Positions 51,201 to 64,000 of a stretch of 64,000 nt of DNA are shown here, in pieces. This stretch comes from Antedon mediterranea. Lineage: Eukaryota; Animalia; Echinodermata. Position 1 is the stretch's first letter. Every line of letters begins with the position of its first letter. Under the pieces are notes generated by a model. It searched no databases. It was given only the letters and a program-made list of their open reading frames with translations, and had not been told where the DNA came from. The position numbers and the translations under genes were made by a program. The stretch spans positions 26,522,795 to 26,586,794 of the forward strand of contig NC_092670.1 of assembly GCF_964355755.1 (NCBI RefSeq), given 5' to 3'.

Positions 51201-53320
51201 ATAAATAATAATAAATGAAAACTTCTATAGCGCCGGTATCCTCCACCCATGTGGCGCTCATGGCGCTTTGTGCATTAACAACGTGCGAGAACATCAGCGA
51301 ATAGCGACGTCTTTAGGTTGGTCTTGAAACTGTTTAGACTAGTTGAGCATTTAACTGTTGCTGGTAAGCTGTTCCATACACTTGCGGCCGCAACGTAAAA
51401 AGATCTCTGACCCCACTGATTTTTCGCTCTACGCTCTTGAAGAAGGTTTTGTGACAATGATCGTAGGCCTCTGCGGGATGATTCGTAACGATCCACAAGG
51501 TCAGATAAATAAGCAGGAGCACTGTCATTTAGGATCTTGAATACAAACAACGCAAGTTTGTACTTAATACGTTGTTGAACAGGCAACCAATGCAAATCCA
51601 TCAGGACAGGAGTTATGTGAGCGTTTGATTTTGTATAAGTTACAATTATAGCTGCCATATTTTGCAAGCGCTGCAAACGTTGTATTTGAGATTTTGGTAT
51701 GCCAAACAACAAGGCATTACCAATGTCAATTTTAGAAGTGACAAATGAGTGTACAATCAATTCAGCTGTTTTCTTGTTAAGATTACCGCGAATACGACCA
51801 AGGTTCCTAATCGATATGCATGCTGCTTTGGATACAGTTGTTATTTGTGCTTCCATAGTGAGATTACTATCCAGCATGATTCCCAGATTCCGGACCACCG
51901 ATGAGGGAGCGATGTTAGAGTTTCCGATTCTGATATGTGTGATGTTGATTTTGGAGATGTTACATTTAGACCCGACGATAATAAACTCTGTCTTTCCATC
52001 ATTCAACTTTAGGTAATTTGTTGTCATCCAATTGCGAACATCTTCTATACAGGCTTCCATCTTACTGATTGCTGCAGCAACATCCCTTTGCACTGGATTT
52101 ACTGACACATAAATCTGTGTATCATCTGCATAGAAATGGAAATGTAGACTGTGTTTGCGAATAATGTCACCAAGGGGAAGCGTATAAATGGAAAACTGGC
52201 CAGGCCCAATTACTGACCCCTGTGGTACACCATATTCCAGGCAAGCTTCATATGAGAATGCATCATTGATACAGACTAGCTGACGTCTTCCTGTAAGATA
52301 TGACTGGAACCAGTTAAGAGCAACACCATTTATGCCAATGCGATTTCTCAGACGGGTTATCAGTCTTTGGTGATCAACTGTATCAAACGCTGCTGACAAA
52401 TCCAACAACACCAATAGCGTTATTTTCCCATCATTCATTCCTTATAACAAATCATTCTGTACCTTTAAAAGGGAACTCTCCGTGCTATGACATGCACGAT
52501 ATGCCGACTGGTAATTCTCATTTAAATTATGCTTTTGAAGATATGGAGTAATGCGTGATGTCACTACACGCTCCAGAGTCTTTCCAAGAAAAGAAAGATT
52601 CGACACCGGGCGGTAATTTTTCAGCGTGTTATGATCCAAGTTTTGCTTTTTTATTAAAGGACGAACGTGAGCAATTTTCAGTTCATCTGGCACTATGCCG
52701 GTATTAAGAGAATGGTTAATGATTTCCGTTATTATTGGAACGAATGCGTCTATACACTTCTTCAGTATAGAAGTAGGAACTGGATCTAACCTGCATGATT
52801 TTGTTGGTGATTTCATCAGAATGTTGCGGATCTCATCTTGAGATGCTGGTATAAATGTTGTGAGATGCTGATGAACAGCTGTCACAGGCTCATTAAATGA
52901 CATGTCATCAATCTTGAAGTCGTCTCTGATGATCTTGATCTTGTCTGTGAAAAACTGACAGAACCTGTTCGCAAGATCTAAGTCAGAAAGACTATCTGGG
53001 AGAGGTGATACCTGGCGATGATGAAGGAATTGGTTAACAATTTTGAAAAGTCCTTTCTGATCTGCTGCATGTTCTTCACACAAGCCAATGTAGTAGTTGG
53101 CCTTTGCCTTTCTTACCATGGAATTTACATTCCTCTTCTGTGCAATGTAAGCTTGACGATCTATTTCCAGATGAGAGATTCTCCATTTCTTTTCAAGCTT
53201 ACGCTTTGTTCTTTTCTCAGCATAGATGTCACTGTTATACCAACTAGTGTTTGGTCGGACCTTTACTGTTCTCTTTTTCGGTGGTGAGTGTTTGTCAAGA
53301 AGTTCACTCAAAGTGGTGGA
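51200..53320 (-). mobile_element. 5'-truncated L2-like LINE ORF2, one in-frame stop at 52442-44
   Basis: NYRPVSNLSF, QSAYRACHSTES, LDLSAAFDTVDH, GVPQGSVIGP, YADDTQIY, LHWLPV; 3' end GCGCC...GGCGC stem and (ATT)n tail. Confidence 0.9.
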
Positions 53321-53981
53321 TGCACCATTATTATGTGTGCCGCTGTTCAAAAAGCGTTTTCCAAATAAATTATTTTATTTTTTATTTTACACGTCCCATT
53401 AATAACAATTATTTAATATTTTCAATGCATAATGCATGCTTTGATGACTAAATAAAGTGTCGTGGATATATTTGTTAATATATTGAATAGGTATGAACAA
53501 TATTAAAATAATAAAGGCAAATTATTACAAATGAAATGATGAACAAGTCTCTGAAAGTTTGTGTCAAAAACACACAGAAAGCCATTATACTGTATAAAAA
53601 GAGGGGTGAATTTGTGTGTTTTTTGTATTGGTTCATGCATGGAGGTATAATACCTCCATGGTTCATGCTTTGATGTATCCTGACTTGCATGTAGGCCCTA
53701 GCATTTATTCTTTTGTTATTATAGACACAATATATATATGTTACCAAATTAATACCATTAATAACTTTATTTACTAAAATAAAAACGGAATCTAAGCGTT
53801 ATTTCATTGACAACAAAATCTAAAAATAATGCATGAACTATAGGAAAACGCTATACAAAAGAGACGCGCGCGCCCTCAGCGTGCGAATTCTTTGACACAA
53901 AAATGGCTTCTAATTTTCAATGTCGTAACGCTTTATATATGGCTCTGGGGGGAGCAGAGCCATATATATAAAGAGTTACGA

Positions 53982-54195
53982 TAGTGGGGTGCCTTAGGGT
54001 CAAAAACGTTACACGGATGACAAAGTTTTCAAATTTTGCACATATGTTCACTTGGACATTTAAAAAATCACTGTAGCCAAGAAAAAAAATTTATTCACAA
54101 TATACATGTTAGTATTTGGTCTAACAAACTATTTCTCCCAAAAGTGACTGGAAATCATAATATTGACCTTTGACCCGATAACCTCAAATTTCGTT
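53982..54195 (+). mobile_element. Academ-like terminal fragment
   Basis: TAG start and the TTGACCTTTGACC motif shared with the other Academ-like TIRs; truncates MITE copy 3 (53955-53981). Confidence 0.4.
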
Positions 54196-54196
54196 A

Positions 54197-55250
54197 CCGT
54201 GGTGCCAGCGGGAAGGGGCGGGGCGGGGGCTACAGGGGCGTATTCCCCCCCCCCCCTCGTCGGGGAACACGGGTAGGCGTACTTTCTGTCGGGGAATATA
54301 ATATACAGTAAAAATCGTTCGCGTTCACTTCGTAGCTTCAGCGCCTAGAAAACCGAGACGTTCCATGACGTCAAGTACGTCAGAGGGCTATTGCACTTTA
54401 TATGCATTCATTATTGCCAAACCAGGGAGTTGCTAATTAACACCTCCCTGATCAAACTACTAAAACAATAGCTAGGTACGCACTTGTCTGGCGGTGTCCC
54501 TCTTTGTACGAATCGTTCAACGTTGTGGGTGTCCAGACGCGTGATATCATGTTCCATCTAGGACCAAAATGTGTACTGTAGTTACCTTCCAGGCGAAGTT
54601 TACCGACGGTTACGTGTACTGTGTGAGTGTGTGTCGACGTACGCACAGCAAAAACGAATAATGTTCGTATGTTGACCAATTTTTTAATTTACAAATAACC
54701 CTCTGTACCGTGGGGCACCTAAAATAAATATTTCAAACATTACTAAACAAAAAATAAACATGCCATTTTCGCTTAGCCAACATCTTATTATAGTTAAGTT
54801 GTTAAATTTTCAATGTCCTGTATGTCATGAACTTTTCACCACTCAGAAGTCCAGATGGTACGCACGCATAGCCTACAGTTAGGAGGTATAAACTGATTTC
54901 CCCAACTGAAAATGGTCTACGCTCGCGGACGCACCCCTGCTCCACCCAAATAAAGGCAAAACGGACCACTTTTTTAAGCCTCTAGGCCTGATGTTTCCAA
55001 AGTAAAAGATGCAATTTTTGAAGACCTGCAGCTCTAGTTTTAAAAATTTTCTTAGCTCAGCCTCAACCATAAAACAAGTGCATTTTCCGGGACCGAACAG
55101 CTATATTTTTCAAAAATTTCTTAGCTCATCACAACCATTATAGGGACTAACTATTTTGTTTCATGTTTTGAAGTATAATAAGTCCAACTTCCAACTTATT
55201 TTATTATGTGTATTGCCGACAATACATGATGTCATGTAACTCTCAAATTA
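54197..55250 (-). mobile_element. Partial copy of the family that starts at 59460, inverted
   Basis: 54270-55200 matches the reverse complement of ~59790-60590. Confidence 0.65.
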
Positions 55251-55430
55251 AATAATACCTATATTGTTATATATCCGAAACATAACACCTGTTTTATACT
55301 ATCACAACACCTATTGTGTTGCAAGAACAGAAATTATTATGAGCCCAGAGCCATAAAGAGTTAAAACTTTGAAGATTAGAAGCTATTTTTGTGTCAAAAA
55401 CTTCGCACGCCTGTTTTCCTGTCGACGTTA

Positions 55431-58400
55431 ATAGTGGAGTCTGTTAGGGATATTTTGGTTCACTTTTTTCCAAAAGCATCAAATTTGGTATACAGGTTGC
55501 CCACCCTATACAAATTAAATTTTTGATGGGCGCCAAGCAAAATGACCCCTTGGGTCACCTAATTTGCATAATTTTAAATGGCGGACACTTTCGCTTAAAC
55601 AGTCTATATCTCTGAAACTACTGGTCATAGAGAGTTGATTTTTAGCTCAAAATGTTCAGAACATAAACATTCCTATTTACTCTAATGAAGTATTTTTGAA
55701 AGAAAATGACCGGAAGTACCAGTTTTAACCTTTGACCCATATTTTAAGGCATTGCCATATCTCAGTAAATAGTTGTCACAGACAGTTTATTTAAGTGTCA
55801 AATTGTTCAGAATATATATGTTACTATTTAGTTTAATGAAACATTTTATCCAAAAATGACCGGAAGTACTCAGTTTTGCCTTTGACCGTTACGGTGTAAT
55901 TACCAACCTTGTTACGGTTAATATATTTTGATATCCATAAAACTACTTGTCATAGAGAGTTAATGTTGGTGTCAAAATGTTCAGAACATAAACATTTCTA
56001 TTTACTATAATAAAGTTTTTTCTAAAATAATGACCAGAAATACCATATTTGACCTTTGACCTGTTTTTTCAGGCAAATTGCCATATCACATTATTGGATT
56101 GGCGTGGAAAGTTCATTTTGGTGTCAGATTGTTCAGAATATATGTTACTATTATGTTTAATAGAAGATTTTTCCAAAAAATGTCAGGAAGTACAGTTGAC
56201 CTGTTTCATACATAAAATTATAAATTTGTTCAAGTTAACTGTATATTTATATTATTTTGCAATCCACTTTTGAGCACTTGTCGAAGATGGCTACTTTGCA
56301 TGTGCAATTGAACGAAGTATACTGAATGAAGTTGAATATAGTCCTATTTGTAGTGAGTCTAGAGTAACGCAAATGAGAGAAAATTGTATAGACAAAAAAT
56401 ACCCAATCTCATTCTCATCTAATCGAGTACTTAAATGAAGTCTTCTACACATTTAGCAATAATGTTTACTGATGAAATCTATTCAAGTTTTGTTTTGGAA
56501 AGTTAGTGTTTCCATCACTTGTGTTTGTTTGGTTGTTACATTCAGGGTAATTGTCCTATATTGCATTTCTTCGCTGAGTATCTTTCTTTAATTAAGTATA
56601 GTTAAGTTTGTTCATGACCAAATTAACGGCAAAACACCACATCAAACAATGGAATACTTTTATTTAATTACACATAATGCTAGTACCAGATTTAGTAATA
56701 GATATAATTTTGCAATTCCGAAAGCTCGCACAGATGCTGGTAAATTTAGAATTTCTTTTAATGGAGCTCAACTTTGGAATAATTTACCCTTAGTTATAAA
56801 ATGTACCTCTTCTAGATTTAAATTCATAAATGAAGTTAAATGTTTACTTTTACAAAAATATTAATGTTAGCCCTTGTTTACGTTATTTCTTTCATATAGT
56901 TGCTGTTTCTTTCTTATTGAATTATTGTTGATAGATGAAAATGTATGCATTATGACTAATTTATTTTTTGTGACAGGAGTCAAACCTTGATTAGTGAAAG
57001 CTATTTTTTGGCTCCTTTTCACACACACATCTTTCACACATTTTATTGTATTGTACTATTTATGTATGATGATGTGAATAAAGTTGATATAAGTATAAGT
57101 TTAAAGGGCCTTCAAACTGGGGTATAACCTAATAATTAAAAGTATGGACATTTTCGAGATGCACAATATAAAAACTAGACTACTGTTGCCATATCACGAA
57201 CCACAACTGAAAAATATATTTTTTCCACCAGACCTAAAGTAATCCTTGGTCCGCCAAACTTGGCAGAATTCTCGAATTTTAATTTTTAAAAATGTGGCCA
57301 TCATCTGGACACGATTTGGGTATTACAGTTTTGTTACTTATGACATTACGCCTTAGTATCATCTTTTTCATTATTGCCTTTGTGTAACATAATGTATTGA
57401 TGAGCTGTTTTAACCTCAAGAACAGATTTACTTTTATTACTTTCATTTCTTTTATGTACATTTTCAAAGTATTGAATGATGTGTCCTTTCTCATATCGAG
57501 TATTTGGAAAATAATGGCTTATTCAAACTTCTTTAGCAATCCTTGAACAGTCTGGTTGGTTCAGTCACCATAAGCACATGTATGGTAATTGTAATATTTT
57601 CAGTGTTCTCGTAAAGACAAAATGCCCCATCATGTTCTGAGCTTGAGTATGATATTGTTTCTTAGAAATGAGGCTAAACCTTTTTGTTGATTTTTGCACA
57701 ACATTTCCATTCATAAAATGTGCATTGTTCACATAGTCAAGGACATGCAATACAGAGTTCATTTTAAGTTTGAAAAAAGGGCAATATATGAAAAAGAGGA
57801 TACTAGAGCGTAACATGTCATTAGTAACAAAACTGTTCCTATTCATCCAATCTCTTCTAGATGATTACTGTATATGGTCGATTTCTTTTTTTTTTTAATT
57901 TGAAAATCTTTGAGAACCACCAAGCTGGACGGTCCTTGGATGACTTAGGTCTGGAGGACAGAAATCTTCGGTGTCTTTTCCCCATTCAGTGGTTGTTCGT
58001 GTTATGGCAACAAAGAGAAATGTAGCAACATGAAATTGTTATGCAACAGCAAACACAAGTGACGGAAACACTAACTTTCCAAAACAAAACTTTTACTGGA
58101 TTTCATCAGTAGGCCTACACATTATTGCTAAATATGTGGAAGACTTCATTTAAGTACTCGATTAGATGAGATTGGGTATTTTTTGTATATACAATTTTCT
58201 CATTTCTCATTTACATTACTCTAGACTCACTACAAATAGGACAATCTATTCAACTTTGTTCAGTATACTTTGTTCAATTGCACATGCAAAACAGCCATCT
58301 TCGACAAGTGCTCAAAAGTGGGTTGCAAAATAATATCATAAATATACAGTTAACTATACAATTAACTGAACAAATTTATAAATTTTATGTATTTAACAAG

Positions 58401-59093
58401 TCAATAACTATACTTCCTGACATTTTTTTGAAAAGTCTTCTATTAAGCAGAATAGAAACATATATATTCTGAACAATCTGACACCAAAATGAACTTTCCA
58501 CTCCAACCCAATAATGTGATATGGCAATTTGCCTGAAAAAGCAGGTCAAAGGTCAAATATGGTATTTCTGGTCATTATTTGAGAAAAAACTTTATTATAG
58601 TAAATAGAAATGTTTATGTTCTGAAAATTTTGACACCAAAATTAACTCTCTATGACAAGTAGTTTTATGGATATCAAAATATATTAACCGTAACAAGGTT
58701 GGTAATTACACCGTAACGGTCAAAGGCAAAACTGAGTACTTCCGGTCAATTTTGGATAAAATGTTTCATTAAATTAAATAGTAACATATATATTCTGAAC
58801 AATTTGACACTTAAATAAACTGTCTGTGACAACTATTTACTGAGATATGGTAATGCCTTAAAATATGGGTCAAAGGTTAAAACTGGTACTTCCGGTCATT
58901 TTGAAAAAAAAAACTTCATTAGAGTAAATAGGAATGTTTATGTTCTGAACATTTTGGGCTAAAAATCAACTCTCTATGACCAGTATTTTTAGAGATATAG
59001 ACTGTTTAAGCGAAAATGTCCGCCATTTTAAATTATGCAAATTAGGTGACCCAAGGGGTCATTTTGCTTGGTGCCCATCAAAAATTGAATTTC
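55431..59093. mobile_element. Academ-like non-autonomous element with ~1-kb inverted arms
   Basis: TAG start; 55515-56540 is inverted at 58020-59090; AATTTGCATAATT and TTGACCTTTGACC motifs as in the 30859 element; right terminus missing. Confidence 0.65.
56580..57100 (+). mobile_element. CR1-like LINE 3' fragment
   Basis: HNASTR...PKARTDAGKFRISFNGAQLWNNLP...LLQKY*, then AATAAA and an AAGTAT repeat tail. Confidence 0.75.
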
Positions 59094-59242
59094 TAAGTAA
59101 CATTAATAAAGCACACACCATACTCAAACCACGCCAAGACTTGGATAATTCTAGTGACAACCCTACTGAGCATCGTTCAGGTAAAGAGACTCGCTTTCCT
59201 TCAAAAACTAAGAGACAACGGCGGATTAAACATCATCGGTGA

Positions 59243-59459
59243 TCTCGCCCAAACCAGCAATACAGTGAAGATTATGGCTCTCAATATCCATACAAGCAGC
59301 ATTATAATCAGCAATTCAGACAACAGCAATACAATGATGAGGATTCCAGGGACAGTTGGAATACATATCATACTGGTAATTTCGCCAGGCCCATTGAACA
59401 TGGCTGTGATTTTTGTGGACTTTCGAACCATATAACTGATGAATGTAGACACTCTGAAC
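59243..59459 (+). pseudogene. Retroelement gag/ORF1 fragment with CCHC zinc knuckle
   Basis: Q/Y-rich stretch then CDFCGLSNHITDECRH (59405-59452). Confidence 0.6.
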
Positions 59460-60697
59460 CAGGGGTGGCGCCAGGATCTTCCCGACGCGGGGGCTACATT
59501 CCCCGACGAGGGGGCTATGCGAGCGAAGCGAGCATCACAAGGCTGGGGGCCAGGGGGCCGCCAAGGGCCCCCGGTGGGGGTCCAGGGGGCGAAGCCCCCG
59601 GAAGCAACGCGTTCTAGCGTCATTTGAGGTCATTTTAATCAGATTTAGGGTAGCCATTTTTTCCATTTTTTATAATGCATAAATAAAATACTGCGTGCAA
59701 AAAAACGATGCGCGATGACTGTTTCAATCCATCTTTTTCAATTTAAAAAATAAAAGTTCAAAGAAAATTTAGAAAAATAGAGTTGGAGGTCCTGGAAATT
59801 GGACTTATTATTCTTCAAAACATGAAACAAAATATATAAGTCCCTATTTATCATGGTTGTGACTGAGCTAAGAAATGTTTGAAAAATAGAGATGTTAGGT
59901 CCCGGAAAATGCACTTCTTGTACTTCGAAATATGACCAGCTTTATTGTTGGGGCTGAGCTATGAAAATGTTTAAAACTAGAGCTGCAGGTCTTCAAAAAA
60001 TTGCATTTTATACTTTGGAAACATCAGGCCCAGAGGCTTAAAAAACGCAAGCGTAGACCTTTTCAGTCGGGGAAATAAGTTTATTCCTCCCAAGTGTATG
60101 CCTGCGTACCATCTGGAATTTCGAGTGGTGAGAAATTCATGACATACAGGACATTGAAAATTTAATAACTTAGCTATAATAAGATGTTGGCTAAGCGAAA
60201 ATGGCATGTTTTTTTGTTTAGTAAAGGATGAAATATTCATTTTAGGTGCCCCACGGTACAGAAGGTTACTTGTAAATTAAAAAATTGGTGAACATACGAA
60301 CAATTAACATAATTCGTTTTTGCTGCAACTAGTGTAGCGTACGTCGACACAGTACACGACGTAATCGTCGGTAAACTTCATGATATCACGACCCAACGTT
60401 GAACGATTCGTACAAAGGGGTACCGCCAGACAAGTGCGTACCTATAGCTATTGTTTATAGTAGTAATTTAGATCGCTGGCAATAATTTCACTCTGACGTA
60501 CTCTCACGGTCAATGAAACGTCGAGGTTTTCTAGGCGCTGAAGCTACGAAGTGAACGCGAACGAATTATATTCCCCGACAAAAAGTACCCAAACCGTCGG
60601 TAAACTTCGCCTGGAAAATAACTACATTACACATTTTTGTCCCTGGATGGAACTTGATATCACGCGTCTCGACCCAACGTTGAACGATTCGTACAAA

Positions 60698-63669
60698 TAG
60701 TCCAGTCCCTAAGGGGAGAAAAAGGGGTGGGATGTTACCAAACTGGATACAAATTTTTCAGTATAGCAGTTTGGTAGAGTATAGTGTGAAGATGCCAAAA
60801 CAAAGTTACTGGAAATCTGATTTGACCTCTGTGACCTCTGACCTCAATTTTTATATTTTTCTATTATATAACTAAAAATCGCCATATCTTGGAAACGCAA
60901 GGACATTTTACATTTATTTTTTTTTTAAAATGCTTGGAAGATATATATTTATATTCGCTATAATGAAAATAATTGTACAAAAATGGCCGCAAAGGCTTTA
61001 TTTTTCAGTTTGACCTTTGACCTTGATTGCCTAATATCTCAATAACACGCAATCTCAGAGATTTGAGAATGGGCTCAAAATGTTAAGAAAATAAATCTAA
61101 TATTTAGTCTAATAGAAACTTTTTCAAAAAATTACCATAAATTAAGCTTTTTTGACCCTTGACCTCTAATGTTTGAATATGTCAATATCTCGGTAATTAT
61201 TTGTCATAAAAAGTTCAGTTTGGTGTCAAATTGTTTAGAATATACACATTTATATTTGCTCTAACAAAATATTTTGTCAGAATTCAATTGGAAATGTCAT
61301 TTTGAGCTATGACCCATCGTTTTGCATATATTTAGCAATCAATAATCTAAAAAAAGAGATCGAGAGAGGAGAAGGGGCTGGGGTGGATGGAGAGACACAT
61401 ATTTTTGTTACATGTTACACAAATATTAAACTCTGTCTACACTATAACATTTTTATGCGACAAAAAAATGTGATGTGCCCATATATGGACACGATGAATG
61501 ACATATCACTACCATATTTGGGCACATCACACCTTTTTTGTTAAACTAGTTTATAGTGTAGACAAACATGTAAAAAATATGTGTCTCTCCATCACCCCAA
61601 CCACCTCCCCCTCTCTCGCCTTTCCAATGCTACTGCATGCATCTATACACATCAAAATGACCGGAATTGTACTGGAAAGTTTTTAGCTACATTTGAAAAT
61701 AAGTCCCAGAGGATGGGTGTATTGTAATGTTATCAGAATTATGGCAATTGTTTGTAATGGGAAAGTTTTAAAACTACATTTGAAATATTTGCTAATAATA
61801 TCACATGCTATTAAAGATATACTTATTTTCCCCCTGACAAAAGTAATTTTGACAAATATTTTTGTTGAATATGCAATTTTAATGTCACACATAATAGTTT
61901 CACCAAAAATTGGATTGAAAAAAAAATGATATAGTGCATACCCACAAAAACTGTAATTTAAAGCAAAAAATAGGCTGGAAGTCAATTGTGATTTTGGTTA
62001 AATTAACTGTTTATTTTGTCTTTAAAGTGATATTTACTCTATTTTTTAGATTAGCTCTTTGATTAAACACCTCTTCCAATGCAGTGAAGATCTTAAGTGT
62101 CGCCTTGTCTTACTAATCTTCCTTAACTTCTCTTTGAACAATCGTAATCAATATTTGTTGAGGTATAATATTTCCCTCTAATATGGTAATGCCTGTTTTA
62201 TTGAGTCAAATGCTTTCTGATAATCTCTAAATCAAAGATTTGGTGATATTCATTTCCTTTTTATTTTAGTTGATTGACCAACTGTATAAGATGGTCCTAC
62301 TGTATAAAGCCTTATATATTGGTTTATTTACTTCTAGTCGGTCTCTGATTTTGTTTTTTGATTACTTTTGTAAATTATTTGTGTACATGTGATAATGTTC
62401 GTTTGGTCGGTAATGGTTGATGTCAGTTTTGTCATGTTTTTGTGGATTAAAGTATAATTATCATTGCTTCTCTTAATTTCTTCTGGTTTCAAAGATTTTG
62501 TTGTATAGTGTTATGAGCTGGATGTGTTATTGCCTCATCAAGCCAAGATGGTAATTTTGACTGCTCACTGGTTTGTTTTCCTTTTATATTCCACTACAGT
62601 ATGTTCTTGAAAAGAAATCAGCTTTGTAATTAATTTGTCTTTGATCCTTTTCAGATTTCTAATATTTTAAACATATGTTTTTCTTTTCTTCGCTTTTTCC
62701 TCACTGTTTCAAGCATTTTATTTTGTCAGCATACTTCAAGCAATTAATTGATAATTAGGTCATATGTTTTATGAGTATCAAATCGCATTGGTTAATTCTT
62801 CTTTTCTTTCTTTAAGAGCCTGATTTTCTTTCTTTTTTTTTTAATGTTATTTAACTTTTAAGTTTATTTAATTTTTTGTTGATATTAAGTGTTGCTCTTA
62901 CGGTGTAGGCCTACCATGCGATGGAATTATATATTAAAATTAAATTAAACATTAAGTTTTAAAAAAATTGTAAAAGGCTAGATAGGATATTGAATGTAGT
63001 TCTGGTCCATTAAATCTATATTTTAGGTATATTATTATAAGTATGACACACGCACGCTTAACAGTATATCCTGGTCATACCTCAAACTGGCATTTCCAGT
63101 AAAAATATGATAACATCTTCTATTAGAGCTAATATAAATGTTTACATTTTGAACATTTTGACACCAAGTTGAACTTTTTATGACATTTGGTTACAGAGAT
63201 ACAGACATATTTAAACATTAAAGGTCAAAGGTCAGTAAATGACATTTCCTGTGGATTTGGAAGAACATGTTTAATTAGAGTATATATAAATATGTATGCT
63301 CTTAACAATTTGAAACAAATTTCAAGAAATTTTGACCAGTAGTTATTGAGATATAGTAAGCCGAGGTCAAAGGTCAAAACATTGAGAAATTACATTTCCG
63401 GTCGTTTTTTGGAAAAAAGTTCTATTAGAGCGAATATAAATATGTACCCTCTGATCTATTTGACACCAATATCATTTCAATTGTCAAACCCGTTGCGGAG
63501 ATATGGCTGTTTAAGATAGAAATATAAAAATTGAGGTCAGAGGTCACAGAGGTCAAATCAGATTTCCAGTAACTTTGTTTTGGTATCTCCATATCATGTT
63601 CTATCAACATGCCAAAGGGCACACTTGTATCCACTATGGTAACATCATTTCCCCTTAGGGACTGGACTA
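60698..63669. mobile_element. Academ-like non-autonomous element
   Basis: TAGTCCAGTCCCTAAGGGGA / TCCCCTTAGGGACTGGACTA; 3-bp TSD AAA; empty site CGTACAAAGGG in neighbouring units; diverged TIRs of several hundred bp. Confidence 0.85.
61362..61618. repeat. ~250-bp imperfect hairpin inside the Academ-like element
   Basis: GGGGTGGATGGAGAGACACATATTTTT vs AAAAATATGTGTCTCTCCATCACCCC; inner TGTGATGTGCCC vs GGGCACATCACA. Confidence 0.7.
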
Positions 63670-64000
63670 AAAGGGATACTGCCAGACAAGTGCGTACCTA
63701 GCTAATGTTTAGTAGTAAGTTAGATCGCTGGCAATAATGAATGCATATAAATTGCATAATAGCACTCTGACGTACTCTCACGGTCAATGAGACGTCGCGG
63801 TTTTCTAGGCGCTGAAGCTACCAAGTGAACGCGAACGTTTTTTACTGTATATTATATTCCCCGACTAAAAGTACCCGTGTTCCCTTCGGTAACCGTCGGT
63901 AAACTTTGCCTGGAAAATAACTACATTACACATTTTGGTCCCTGGATGGAACATGATATCACGCGTCTCGACCCAACGGTGAACGATTCGTACAAAGGGA

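Larger units (their letters stand above)
48265..53947. mobile_element. P-superfamily-like MITE, copy 2 (host of two LINEs)
   Basis: Same TIRs as copy 1; MITE sequence stops at ...CCCATAACTA (48544) and resumes CGTCCC (~53392). Confidence 0.8.
59460..64000 (+). mobile_element. hAT-like non-autonomous element with ~320-bp internal tandem units, running off the window
   Basis: CAGGGGTGGCGCCAGGATC start; GC block shared with 38160-38250; repeated unit CGTCGGTAAACTT...CGTACAAAGGG at ~60366, ~60595, ~63894. Confidence 0.6.

Noticed and set aside
59201-59627. GC-rich ORFs (also 38162-38479 and 39762-39962)
   Set aside because: They derive from non-coding MITE subterminal repeats

Overview
AT-rich eukaryotic (metazoan-like, probably marine invertebrate) genomic DNA made almost entirely of nested, mostly decayed transposable elements; no intact host gene, rRNA, true tRNA or CRISPR array is supported. 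Retroelements: four Ty3/Gypsy remnants (one with a 5' LTR, PBS-like site, gag and pol) and CR1-, L2- and RTE-X-like LINE fragments. DNA transposons: many elements whose termini and target-site duplications (TSDs) can be read directly (Kolobok-, Harbinger-, Academ-, Merlin-, MULE-, hAT-, P-, IS3EU- and Helitron/Helentron-like). Most notable: (1) a 5.6-kb IS3EU-like unit (41951-47527, 6-bp TSD) with two inverted transposase-bearing arms that enclose a Gypsy fragment and an unannotated HECT E3-ligase terminal exon converging on the spliced transposase; (2) an Academ foldback whose inverted arms duplicate the gene's 3' end; (3) several 23-55 bp palindromic CANRG-ended inserts with 7-8 bp TSDs that resemble P-element excision footprints; (4) P-like MITEs stacked at their own termini; (5) an 18-copy 22-bp minisatellite born inside a Gypsy RT. 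Superfamily names are assigned from termini, TSD length and protein motifs by eye, with no database search.
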